Of a stretch of DNA of 64,000 nucleotides, positions 26,771 to 41,200 are shown in pieces. The stretch comes from Antedon mediterranea. Lineage: Eukaryota; Animalia; Echinodermata. The notes beneath the pieces are model-generated. The model was not told the DNA's origin and searched no databases. It worked only from the letters and a program-made list of their open reading frames with translations. The translations under genes were made by a program, and so were the position numbers. The stretch lies in contig NC_092674.1 of NCBI RefSeq assembly GCF_964355755.1, forward strand, positions 10,354,001-10,418,000, in the 5' to 3' direction. The stretch's first letter is position 1. Every line of letters starts with the position of its first letter.

Positions 26771-26937
26771 TAAGCTCTGTCTACATTATCAAACTTTATA
26801 TGACATAAAAATGTGATGTGCACATATATGGACACGATGATGTCATGTCAGTACCAAATTTAAGCATATCACTACTATATTTGGGCACACCACACTTTTT
26901 GTTGTCAAACTAGTTTGATAGTGTAGACCGAGCTTTA
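26771..26937. mobile_element. MITE family agctctgtctacactatcaaact, copy 1
   Basis: TIRs aagctctgtctacattatcaaact / agtttgatagtgtagaccgagctt; four copies in the window. Confidence 0.85.
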
Positions 26938-29900
26938 GTGACAAATAAACACCCCGTTACATTAACTACAGTATAAAAAAATACAGAAAAAAATAGTTAA
27001 AATTGTGGAAAACTCCACTTGTCTTACAAATACAGTGTGAAAAAAAAAGCCTCAATTATCAAAGATTTTTAGTAATAAGGTAATCTACATAAATTACAAC
27101 AAAAAAATCAGTGTTGTACTGGAATAATAAAAAAGGTATTTTCACATTAGTGAAATCATATTAATAGAGTTAATTTGATTTATTCATTGTTAAACTTCTT
27201 GTTATGGTGTTTTTACGTTTGACATAACATTTCACATATTTCACAATCTTTTGGAAAACATCCAAATTGAAGAAAACACCAATTGTTTGCCAATTTATAA
27301 AGAAAAGTGTCTTAAAACTTTCCAGAGAACAAACTGGAGAAAACTATAAGATGTTTATAAATTAGCTCGTAAAAATTCACCAGTATTGAGTAATCATTTT
27401 GTATCTGACAGTACCTATCAATGCAGTAGTAGAGTAGTGAATTTTTTATAGAATGTACAAATGACACCAATAATGTAACTCAACATAAAAATGTTCTCAT
27501 TGACCTCTGACCCTGAAAAAATTATACATAATAAACTTTGTAAATTTGTTTAATTAAACAAATAATAAGTAATAACTAACAATGCTTAACCTGACCGTAG
27601 GAAAAGCAAGCATGAAAAAACATAAATGGATTTTAATTTCTTAATATGTATGATTAGATGGTATTTTGTGCAGCAAAATTTGAATGTCTTGCAGGTGTAA
27701 AAAAAATGTTTGACCTCCGACCCTATGGACACTATGAAACTAGGGCTACCAACATCTCAATATATCAGTAAGATCTATCTTGTCGCATGATCAAAGCAGA
27801 CAGCCAAGAGATTACAGCTGTATATTTTCCACAAAAAAAAGAGATTATTTATGTAATTAAGCTATGAAAGATGTTTCGACCTATCTTAATGATTTAGTCA
27901 GAATGTGATGAAACAGCATAGATTTTATGAAGTTGATGATTATAATAATAATATATGCTTTATGCTTATAATGATGGTTTATGAGCATGATTTTAGGTAA
28001 CGATGCCAATAATTCACATTGTATGTAATTTGTCCAGTATCATAGGCAAATTCTGTAATACAGTGTCACATATGCTTCACATGTGATGCCTTTATAAGCT
28101 ATACGCTACCAAACCTAACCTTTACATAATACGGGTGCCATGTATGAATATGCAATACATATACTGTATTCAGTTTCAATTTCAATTCAATTTACCTATG
28201 AGAGATGCTATATGTTAAGACAGTACAGAGAATCAGGTGAGATTATATGGTGGAAATGCTAAAGCAAAATAACTCCACTGGCTAACTCTCAATGACAAAC
28301 ATGTATACACACACACACCCTGATGTTGTCTCATAAAGAAAAATTAATTACCCACCCTCCTTATTCTCTTTAATGTACATCAAAAGTTCAACCTCTACAA
28401 TGAAATAATGTGTCCCAGCTGTCCGCATGCCTAACTGACAATAAAATGTTCGTTACAAGACCAAGACTGCGCCATCTCAATCCTCAATTCTACATCAACA
28501 ATCTTCTCAACTTCCAAATTCACATCTATGCAGTTATCAGTAAAACAACACTTTAATGAGAATATTTCTAACGTTTTTCTCGTTTCTTATAATCAGTGAA
28601 TATAAATAACTTTCTGGCGCTGAGAAATTTGATATTGACCGGTCTACACTTTGTATAGCCAGTTTTCACTTTCAATTATAAGTTATTTATATATTTGAAT
28701 TATCCGTTTTAATCAATCGCAAAAGTTTCTTTCGATAGACTGACTTCCTCTGGGGTTGTATGAGCAATGGTATACACAGATAAATATTATTTACATCTGA
28801 AGAAAGAGTATAATTTTAAAGAAGATATTTAACAATTTTGAATGTACACCAAGAAACTAAAAAAAACCAGATTATAGATGAATAGTTATTGACCAGTAAG
28901 GTAGTGGAAACTAGATGGAAAAATTAGCACCCACATATCCTAATTCTTAACGGAATTGTAGCAATTATGTTCAATAGTTGTCAATTTCAATATTACAAGA
29001 TAATCACAACTTATACTTTAATATGCTAGGACAATTTGTTTGTGATTTATAAAATGGTAAAATAACATTGGATAGATATTAATTATTATTTGAGATATAT
29101 TTAGAAATGCTTTAGGTAAGTGTAGCCGGATTCAGTTCTTGACCTTTGAACAATAAATACTGCTTCCACTTCAATAAATGCCATATGTCACAACAACAAA
29201 ATCCTATTTATAGCACACTATTTCTTTTTTTAGGTGCAAGTTTAATATTTATTTATTTAGTGAGATAAATTTCTAAATATACATGGTAATCTAGGTGGTT
29301 AAATGTTTGACATAACCATCAGAATAATAATTAGAACTTTTTGATTAAAACAAACACTAGCAAATACTCATAAAATCAAATGTGCAGATAGCTTCTGCAA
29401 CTACCTAAATTTCAAAATTCTGCATAGTTACAGAAGGTATTGGCAATATAACTAACTAAACAGAACTTTGAAGAATACACTGCTGAAGAAATACAGACAG
29501 GTATGCAGGGAAAAAAAGAAAACTCTGGAGCGACCGAATGAGAGTAGGCAAATAATAATGGTCGTCATATTAATGAGAGGCAACCAATGACTAAACTATG
29601 TCATGTTAGTTATTGTGCGAATGCAGGATTCGGAATATTGGAACGTATCTCCTCTCTCCCCTACCTCGACACAGGTCCAGGTGATGACCGACAACACATC
29701 GATTGACCTGACCAAGGTTGGTCGCCAGTCCTTGGAAATCGAAATCTCCTTAAAATCTTACAAAGGACAGGTTTTTTTTTTTATAATACCGTAAAGTATT
29801 CATGCCATTAACATCCTACAACATTACACATACCTAATGTCATTTTTTCTAATAAGGGAATTTCATTCAACCCAGAAACAATTTATTTTATGAGAATTTA

Positions 29901-30239
29901 TGTAGAGGTTGAAAGAAAAGTAGCATAGATTAATATAGAATATGAAACTAAGTTACCAACTCATAAATATCTCATGAAAACCCAGAGAACTAATGATAAC
30001 TGTATGTATACTGTGTTTCATAAGTTGGTAGCAATTACAATAGGATTGTGTTACTTATAAATTACAGTAAATGATATATGATATTTTTCTTCTCTAGGCA
30101 AACTATGTATTATTCTCATCTAGTGCCTAGTAAAAGTACAATACCTTTAAATAAAATATTTACTGGGCAGATATGGTTATATTTTATATTGTCCCTTTGA
30201 AATTTAGGAAATGCCTGTGGAAACAAAATCATAAATAAT

Positions 30240-30445
30240 TACAGTGGAGCCCCTCCTTTGGGACACCCCTATTAGGGGAACACTTTCTTACGACATAAAG
30301 GAGTATATGTTTTAACACTACAATCAACCCCTATGAAGGGAACAACCCTACTCAGGGAACACCTCTATTAAGGGGGACAACACTTTTTTGGGCCCCACAC
30401 TTTTTTGGGCCCCAAGGGTGTCTTCTTAATAGGGACTTTATTGTA
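30240..30445. mobile_element. MITE of the ggggacac-rich family with CAGT-type ends (Tc1/mariner-like)
   Basis: ta|cagtggagcccctcctttgggacac...ttaatagggactttattg|ta; related fragments near 20640, 43190, 45890 and 63330. Confidence 0.55.
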
Positions 30446-32156
30446 TTGTAAATTCCCATTTCTAGTGTCTATTGTTCAATATGGGTGTTCATGTCAGACC
30501 TGTCGGCTTCTATTATTAATGTATAATATTAAAATATTTGTTTGTCTGAAAGTTTACAGACAACATATGTCATGGGACCAGGAGACCACATGTCTGTATT
30601 CACATTAGACTGATGATTCATTAGGACCTGAAAGTTGTATCAAACACTACTTATATTCTAAGACATGATAAGCTCTCTCGGACAATGAAATTACAAATTA
30701 CCCAATACCCGATTCACAAACACATGTACAAAAATCTAACAAAATGGAACGTATTGTAAGAAATTGTTACCTTGATACAAACATGTGAAAGCGTTTTCGC
30801 GTTATATTACTGTAAAATCTTTAGAGGCGTCAGCAAAGGCTGTAAGGATGACACCCTGAAATTATAAACTATTAATTAATACCCGTACACGTACACAAAT
30901 CTTACAAAATGTAACATATTGAGTATGTGGATGCGTTTCTGTGTTTTATGCATCGATGAAAAGTCTCAGAAAGAGTTGGTAATTTTTACATGCCTCAGCA
31001 AGGCCTGTAAAGATTACATTGATGTAACGTTAGTAACACAGCGATATCTCTATGTGTGTATATTTCTAATAAGTTTTTTATACTGCATGACAAACATGTG
31101 AAAGAATTGTACTCAGTAAGGTCTGTGAATCAGGTACCAGACTAGTAGACATATTTGACTAGCCCTTCAAATTGCTCACAAAATATCTACACACACTGAA
31201 TGGATAGAAACAGCAAGGAGTCCGAGGAGCTAGATCGCATATTGTGTTGCTTTAAATTAGCAAACTGATTCAAACCAACTTCAGACATAAATTGGAATGG
31301 GCCATCTCTTTGCTACAAAATAGATCTTATCCAAGTGACAAGTTTAAATTGGATTTAGACTTTGTCTTGAAATACAAAGAAAACTAATAAGTCATTGTTA
31401 TATATTCACAATCCCACAAATAATGAGTAAAATCCATGGTTTAATTTCTAAATAAAACAGAATTTAAACTTTTAATGCTAAAAATAAATTACATTTCACA
31501 CTGTTTGGATACACTTAAAAGCACAATATTAAAGAATCCATATTTACTATGTCACAATTTCATATGAAAAATAGTATTCAAGTCTTTGTAAATTTGATTT
31601 TTCCATTATTTAATTTGTACTTTTTTTTAAGACTGTTTAAATTAACAACAGTCTATATTAATAATAATAATAACATTCATAGAAAGTTGTATCTAATTTA
31701 CAATTACATATTCATGATTTGACATAAATTTGTATAAAAATCCATAATTCATAAATCAGCCCTGACTATCTAAGTTCATTTTCCCACATTTTAAACAGTT
31801 TTCCTATGCTAAATATTAATGCCTGGAGTAAGAGGCTAAAGACTTGTTGTACCTGGACAAAGAGTCTATCTTCAGGCAGTCACAACACACTGAAGAGGGC
31901 TTTCAACACAAGACAAAATGTACAATCTTCCCACTTTAAGGAAGTTTAAAATTAATAAGTAAATCATCTACAGTGTGTTGAAATGAATACTCCAGATTAT
32001 ACCCTAAAATCTACACAAATAAGAATTAGTTTTGTTATGACCAAAACTTAAAAAAAAAAAACGAGTAAATATTCACATAGTTACAATTATGATTCGTTAG
32101 GTGGTTTACAAACTTTGTCCCTGGTATTCATTATCATCAGCAAAAGACAGCATCCA

Positions 32157-32231
32157 TCACTGAATCAGTACTTTGTATACAGAAGACATGTCACTCTCTG
32201 AATGACCTTTGCCCTTCGCCCTCTTGAATAA
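32157..32231 (-). CDS. GLYR1: GLYR1 last coding exon ([24 protein letters not shown])
   Basis: tttttag acceptor; KRAK...DMSxVY as in the NPAC C-terminus; TGA at 32157-32159. Confidence 0.93.
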   Translation of the reverse strand, partial: LFKRAKGKGHSESDMSSVYKVLIQ

Positions 32232-35200
32232 CTAAAAAAAATAATATGTTCAACATAAGTAAATAATTTCCATACACATTTATAACTAATTTGCTAAATG
32301 TTTAGCTGTAGCACAAAGTAAAAAAAAAGAAAGTAAAAAGACCACCTGACCAAAAGAAAACTGGATAAACCAAATAAAAAAAGACTAAAAATGAAAAAAA
32401 CCATCCTACTCAAAACAGAAAAATTTAGAAACAAATCGTGGAAAGCGTAACGCCGGAATAACGGAATACACTTCAACAATAGAGGGATAGAAGTAACAGG
32501 TATTGCTAAATTCTGCGAACCTCCAAAAAACATAGCAAACCCCATTGAACCAACATAAAATTTACTGAATCGTGTAGTGTATCTACACACCTAATGTCAA
32601 TGTCTACAAATCCTTAATTCCAGGAATAGCAAAATACATTTTTTTAATGTTTTTTGCACATTATCACATCCACAATGTTATCGTTAACGTCCTAAACAGA
32701 CCATGTCTATTAATTTTCAGAAAAATCGATATATTGGTGATGCCCAAAAACGTATTAATCTCTTTTATTAGCGATAAAAAAGTTAACTCTGAAACCAGAA
32801 AGTCTTGGATTTTGTTTGTTTTCTTTATCGTTAATTATTTAACAATTATAGCATAGTTAAAAGTAAATTTGAATTAATTATATTCTATAATTAATAACCA
32901 TTTTATTATTTATCATGCAATACTAATAAAATTTCTATAATTCATAATATGTATAGTCATAATGAATTTTAAATGATTTATGACTTATTAATAAATACAT
33001 AATTATACTATAGACATGGATTTTCTCACTAGCCAATTAGGCGAAGCTGGTAAACATGCATTTTCTTTCTTTACTATTTTATTTTTATATTTTCTTTTAA
33101 TCAATCTAACAGGTTTATATATATATATATATTTACCTTTATATAAAAAAACATCCCAGGGCACTTATTTATTGCTTGAATAAATGCACCCTCCCCCCCC
33201 CCCCCACCTAATTTCATATAAACACAACAATGTATTGACATTTCTTTTTGTAGTAGAATTGATTCGACTGCAGGTGATTTTTTAACTTACCAAGCATGTT
33301 GATACAATTTATACTGTAAAATTATGTTTTTTTTAATTATGTTTATTTTAATATATATATTTTTTTAAATTTTATTTTTCACCCAAAACATAACCAAAAA
33401 CTCTCCTGAACAATAAATATCCCAGACCATTTATTCGAATAAATGTAACAATTATACGATGTTAATTAATTTTACTAAGCTGCCTAGTACAAACATACAT
33501 CTTATTTACTAGCTAAAGCGTGGTTCCCACTAGCGACGCAACGCAAGGACGTAACGTAACGCAAGTGAATTGACCAATCACAAGCGATGGCTTATTCGCT
33601 TGTGATTGCTAACTGTCTATAACTTCGCTTGTCATTGGTTAAAACGCTTGCGTTGCGTTTACGTCCTTGTGTTACGTTCTAGTGGGAACCAAGCTTCCCT
33701 GAGCTTATTGGGCTGTAAATGTGTTCTCATAAAAAGTTATGTAATTGCAATGTTAGATAGGTTGCTGTATCATTGGAGTATGCTTACCTCATTAGCTGAT
33801 GCAGCTACTGGTAATGTTTGGTCTGATTGGTCACCCATTGCTAATGCTAATCTCATGTCTTTTTGTTGATGTTTCAAAGGGAAGGCTGGTGGAAAAATGT
33901 TATTAATGATACCTGAAAAATAAAAACAATGTTATCTTGTTAGAATCTTGTTTTGTCAGCTGAACTATGAATTCAATGAAATGATAAAGTACATAGGAAT
34001 GTAAAACAGCAACAGAAAAAGAATGGTAATAGATTAACAGGGAATAACGTCACCATTTTAGCATAGCAAAAACTATACAAAACTATCTTACTGCTAGGTA
34101 TACATTTATAAAATTTATAGCAAAACAATCAATATGAAAAAGGTACTGTATGTTCTATAACTAAAAATTTGATTAGCAATTATTTTCAATCAAAATTTTA
34201 AAATTTTTCTAGAATAAGTCAATAATTTATAGTATAATTTTTATTATAGCCAAATTCTGTATACAGTTGTAACACTGCATCACACGTGATGCCTGTATGT
34301 TAAATTTTAGAAGACACCAAACTCAAAGTCACCTTTGAAACAAGTTTTATGTTTGTTTTATCAATAATTAGATTCAATTTTTATTAATATACTATTTACT
34401 GTAATTCACACAAAATAGACAAAGCGGTTTTTAATTGCAGTGAGAGATTGTATGCAGGTGATGAACACAGTAAGAAAGGTTTGAAAGACAGTTAATGCCT
34501 GTAGAGAAAGGCCTGAACGTAACAAGGTAAATTACACATAATTTATTCATCCTCCAAAAGTTGGTATTTTTAACATGTTCAAGTACCAACAACAGGATGG
34601 TAGTAATTACACAATTATGGGAATAATAAACGATAAGCTTAATTTAGCATAATAATATTCAAATACACAAGTGAGGAATGACTTATCAATCAAGGACATA
34701 TATTAATTGTAATTGTTTCAAGAATTTGACACTTCCAATAATGCATGCAAGTGAATTAGTTAATGCATAAAGTTATTATACTACAACTAGGTCTGGTTTA
34801 TACTAAAAATAAATACTGTATGTAATATGGTATTTTCTTAATACTATTGGTATATTTGCAGCATAAATGAACACTTATTTAAATGCAAAAGTACTTCCAG
34901 TACACCAAAGATTATAACAAGGACAAACTTTTAAAATTGACTCGATTATCTTTACCATGTTTATTGAGAAAGTATTTGCAGTTTTCCAAATTCGCGAAAG
35001 GTAGTCAAGTTGCGAAAGTGGATCAATAACATTTCTTAAACCCTGTCTACAGTATCCAACTTTATGTGACAACAAAATGGGATATGCCTATATATGGACA
35101 TGATGCCATATCACTATCATATTTGGTCATATCACTAGGCCTACCATATTTTGGCACATTGCATCTTTTTTTGTCAAACTAGTTTGACTAGCTTTAGAAA

Positions 35201-38200
35201 GGTCTCAAATTGTTTTGAATTTAAATTGACTTCTGAATACTGTACACAAAGGAGGTTTACTATATTAAAAAAATGTTCAACATACCTTTTCCTTTTCCAC
35301 GAAATAACGGGCATGACATGGCACCGAGGTCAATGACTTCTAAGAGGTCAGCTTGATTAAGTCCTGCCTTCTCTGCTAATGCCATTCCTTCTGAGAAGCC
35401 AGCTACCACGCTACCCATTATCATATTGAGTACAAGCTTCATCCTTGCACCGTTTCCGGCATCACCTAAAAAAAATTGAATGTCACTCTTATTTTTCTAG
35501 GTCTATGGCACCTTTAACTTAATTGTAAAGGATAAATAGACATGGTAATGGATAAACACCTCAAATACAATGGATGGATAGACACTAAAGGATGGATAGA
35601 CAGCAGAATGATGCATAAACACCAGAATGATGGATAGACACTAAAGGATGGATAGACACCTAAAGGATGGATAGACACCAAAAGGATGGATAGACAACAG
35701 AATGATGGATAGACACTAAAGGATGGATAGACACCAGAATGATGGATAGACACTAAAGGATGGAGAGACAGCAGAATGATGCATAGACACCAGAATGATG
35801 GATAGACACTAAAGGATGGATAGACACCAGAATGATGGATAGACACTAAAGGATGGATAGACACCAGAATGATGGATAGACACTAAAGGATGGATAGACA
35901 CCAGAATGATGGATAGACACTAAAGGATGGATAGACACCAGAATGATGGATAGACACTAAAGGATGGATAGACACCAGAATGATGGATAGACACTAAAGG
36001 ATGGATAGACACCAGAATGATGGATAGACACTAAAGGATGGATAGACACCAGAATGATGGATAGACACTAAAGGATGGATAGACACCAGAATGATGGATA
36101 GACACCAAAGGATGGATAGACACCAGAATGATGGATATACACTAAAGGATGGATAGACACCAGAATGATGGATAGACACTAAAGGATGGATAGACACCAG
36201 AATGATGGATAGACACTAAAGGATGGAGAGACAGCAGAATGATGCATAGACACCAGAATGATGGATAGACACTAAAGGATGGATAGACACCAGAATGATG
36301 GATAGACACTAAAGGATGGATAGACACCAGAATGATGGATAGACACTAAAGGATGGATAGACACCAGAATGATGGATAGACACTAAAGGATGGATAGACA
36401 CCAGAATGATGGATAGACACTAAAGGATGGATAGACACCAGAATGATGGATAGACACTAAAGGATGGATAGACACCAGAATGATGGATAGACACTAAAGG
36501 ATGGATAGACACCAGAATGATGGATAGACACTAAAGGATGGAGAGACAGCAGAATGATGCATAGACACCAGAATGATGGATAGACACTAAAGGATGGATA
36601 GACACTAAAGGATGGATAGACACCAGAATGATGGATAGACACTAAAGGATGGATAGACACCAGAATGATGGATAGACACTAAAGGATGGATAGACACCAG
36701 AATGATGGATAGACACTAAAGGATGGATAGACACCAGAATGATGGATAGACACCAAAGGATGGATAGACACCAGAATGATGGATAGACACTAAAGGATGG
36801 ATAGACACCAGAATGATGGATAGACACTAAAGGATGGATAGACACCAGAATGATGGATAGACACTAAAGGATGGAGAGACAGCAGAATGATGCATAGACA
36901 CCAGAATGATGGATAGACACTAAAGGATGGATAGACACCAGAATGATGGATAGACACTAAAGGATGGATAGACACCAGAATGATGGATAGACACTAAAGG
37001 ATGGATAGACACCAGAATGATGGATAGACACTAAAGGATGGATAGACACCAGAATGATGGATAGACACTAAAGGATGGATAGACACCAGAATGATGGATA
37101 GACACTAAAGGATGGATAGACACCAGAATGATGGATAGACACTAAAGGATGGATAGACACCAGAATGATGGATAGACACTAAAGGATGGAGAGACAGCAG
37201 AATGATGCATAGACACCAGAATGATGGATAGACACTAAAGGATGGATAGACACTAAAGGATGGATAGACACCAGAATGATGGATAGACACTAAAGGATGG
37301 ATAGACACCAGAATGATGGATAGACACTAAAGGATGGATAGACACTAAAGGATGGATAGACACCAGAATGATGGATAGACACTAAAGGATGGATAGACAC
37401 CAGAATGATGGATAGACACTAAAGGATGGATAGACACTAAAGGATGGATAGACACTAAAGGATGGATAGACACTAAAGGATGGATAGACACCAAAGGCGG
37501 ATTACTATAGTATAAAAGACTCTTAACTGATGGTCTTAAAACCAGCTTTATCAGATAGACAGTCTTTCTAAACCCACCCCTGTCAGACCATTGCTATAAA
37601 ACAGTCTACTTAACAAATTGAGGCTGCACTTTACATTTAATGTTCGTCACACTTGCTCAATTTACAATCATAACAGTGTATACATTTATACGCGAGAAAA
37701 TCTATTCTAGGCCTAATATATAAGAATATAATCACAGTTATTATTTTATTTAACACTTAAAATTTGTATAATTGGTTGTATTTCACGATCAATAATACGT
37801 ATACCTATAAGCAACGAAAAGAGGGGTTTTAATACTCCTTCGAATAGGCTTTAATTTTAAACACTGCTTACAGGTTAGACCGCGGTCTATAATAGAGAGT
37901 ACTTGCTACATCATAAATTATAGCCATTTATAGACTGCTTATAGCAAACCGCCCCAGAAGGATGAATAGATGCCAGAAGGATGAATAGACGCCAGAAGGA
38001 TGAATAGACGCCAGAAGGATGAATAGATGCCAGAAGGATAAATAGATGCCAGAAGGATGAATAGATGCAAGAAGGATGAATAGATGCCAGAAGGATAAAT
38101 AGATGCCAGAAGGATGAATAGACGCCAGAAGGATGAATAGTAAACTCCTTTACTACTAGTTTCCCGAACTAAACTGAATTGCAACCAGGTTGACACATTA

Positions 38201-41200
38201 TTAATTTAAAAATATTTACCTAAAAAGAATGATTTCTTGCCCATAGCAGCGAAGCACGATTGACATTCATCGTATAATTCTTTATCACCCGCTGCCATAA
38301 ATATTAGATTGCCCTCTACTGCTGGCTGGATGCTGCCCGACACAGGTGCTTCTAAAAACCGCCCTCCTTTATTTGATATAGCCTAAAGCACAAAATAAAT
38401 GAATAATTATCAGTGATAGGTAAAATACAAATAAAGGCAAGATTGTACAGCAAAACCAAAAGAAAATGTTACCAGGGTTTCACCAGCATGTCATGAGTGT
38501 GGTCAGCAATTTAGGGTTTGCAGTTTTCAAAATGCTATGATACAACATAACAATGGTAAAGCAAATTGAAAGCCTTTGTCTATCATTTTGTAGTTAGCAT
38601 GCTCATTGTCTAGCCAGTGACAATTGTTCTTCAACCCCACCATAGACTTCTAATTATAATGTGTGCATAACTAAAATGTAAAATATTTGTAGGCCTAGGT
38701 GTATAAAAAAAATTAGTGGTGGCCAGCCTTATGAAAGTTGGTGGTCGGAAATTATGAATTGCTGACCAACGCAACAAGAACCCTGTGTTTTAACTCTCTA
38801 CACTTCTTGTGACACTAATATATTTTAAATCATGGCTGTATGCACAATAAATTTAAAATAAGTACCTCGTCACAAACAGCCAAGTCTAAGTTAAGTCTAG
38901 ATTAATACCAATTGAGGTAACTCAAACTTAGCTCCTCTTAATCTACCAAAATATAATATAACTTGCACTATGTGAGTGTAAAATCCTTTCTGTCTGTTTT
39001 ACTTTACTTTTCATTGTTTTGATTTAGCTTTGTGCTTATTTTATTTGTATCTCCATTGAGATCCAGCCACATAGGATTTATACTATAAATTGTGATCTAA
39101 TCAATCTTACCTCCGATACACCTGTGACCGTCCCTATATCAACAGTTGTACAGTCAACCAATGCTTTACCTTCCTTCATTTCGTCTAACACACCCTTTTC
39201 ACCAAAACAAATCTGCAAAAAATGAATATAACACTTATAAAAATCAAATTAAAAACTTATCGATCGGCTCTACTTATACAATATATACAGTAAGTAGTAA
39301 ACATTTTTAGAAAGGGAACAAAGAACTTCATTATATAGGCTATTCTAAGCTGTATTGTGCCTTTATTATTTGTCTATATTTTTCAACATGTATCTAATAG
39401 TATACCAATTTACCCTTACAACATTATGTTAATGCATAAAAAACTAATATGATAAATTAAAAATATTGCATAGCTCCCTCTATATTTTGAAAATTATACA
39501 CATTTTCACTCTTGTTTAATAGATGAATGCTGTAATTTTAGTAATTGCTAACATTTTAACATAAGTAAATTCAAAGAACTTATGTACTATTTCTAAACCT
39601 ACTTATGTATAATTAGGTATTATATATAATTTGTTGTATATATTATTTTTCTTTGTTGCAATCTCTCTATTGTTTCTTTGTTCCACTATTGTTATGTAAT
39701 TCATTGTAATACAAACCAGGCCTTGTCTTTTGAAAATCATAGGTGTGCTACAAATTGCACTCCTCAATACATTCAGGGGTGCTGTAGGTGTGCTGTTTGT
39801 ATTTTGGTGTGTAGAAGTTTACCAAATTTAAGCGTGTGGTAAATCGCACTCCTCAAGGGCAGTTTAGTAGTGTGTTAGGTGAGTGATCGCACTCACTCGC
39901 CTTAAAAGACAAGGCCTGCAAACAATAACTACAGTATGAAACAGCAATATAGCACTTTATACAATTGATCAGTATTACTACTTGTTACACAGGAAAAAAA
40001 ATACAGTACAGTACAAAGCAGTGAGATGGACAGAAAAAAAAGGTTATGTTGGCATAACTAACCGACCCATGGGTAGGTAAATAATTATTTTTTTTTAATT
40101 CATATTTTATTTTTCTTAAAAATAAATAAAATGTTAGGGTAGGGCGGATTTTTAAATTTTTGGCCCTATGGTATTATGTGCGGTATAGTACGGTTATGCT
40201 ACCTTAATTTAGTGTTAGACACTACTTATTCTATCTGTAGTTAGTCTTTAATAGTGGGCTTTCAGATCAGGATGGTAGACGAAATTTATACAAAATATGC
40301 ACATGCGTATATGCCCAGTATAATCCACTTACTATGCCTAGTTGTGGCTCGTTAATTATCGTCCCCATCGTTTACTGTCCTGATACAAAAGCCCCCATTT
40401 ATTGCAACCAAAAAACCATTATACTGTCCCTGAGTGCTGGATACCTGACCATAAGGTGGTCAACCTTTAGTTCCTTTTGCAAATTTTACTCCTTAAGATG
40501 GTTCAAGCATACCAAAAAGGTTGAGATATTCTCAACCATACTTATTTCCTTTTGGAAATAAACACATCATCAACATATCATCCCTTACTTTACGAGATAT
40601 ATTTTATAATAATATGACATTTAACAAATAAATACTTACAGCTCTGAGTGCCTCAGGATCAGAGACCATTGAGAACGTGATATCAGAGTTCTTTACAACA
40701 TCTGCTATACTATCACCCAATACAGCTCCTGCTTTCACTGCTTCAGCACACTGCAAGAAAATATAAAAATAATGAATGTTTATGATCGCTATGGTACAAT
40801 TAATTTCATGAGGTGAAAGATGAATAAAAAGTACTATTACATGATCGTTAAATAGTCAGTACTATTGAACACCATGTGACCCTCGATCATCCAATCAAAT
40901 GACACTATGAAAGGAATTTAGGTGTATATAGCATAAGATGGCCTATTAATCATGATCTCTGTTGCTCATGCATACCATATTGAGAACTAAGCTGTTGAAG
41001 CGTACCACGCCAAGGGTGTTAAAGGCCAAGTGCGGGCAAAAAAAAAACCTAACTACTGATAAAAAGTCTTCCTGGTTTTTATGGAAGAATTTTGCCAAAT
41101 TTTGTATTTGACCATATTAAGGGAAATTCATGTTTTTTCGTCTCGATTTCTGTTACAAATATTTGATTTATGTACAATTAACCAAATATTATATTTAAAA

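Noticed and set aside
29520-29794. GC-richer segment and 63-aa ORF as a possible exon
   Set aside because: No recognisable peptide in the frames I read and no convincing splice-site pair
35514-37308. Repeated [18 protein letters not shown] ORFs, and the array as a possible CRISPR
   Set aside because: Translations of the 18/19-bp minisatellite; no unique spacers, no cas genes, intronic eukaryotic context
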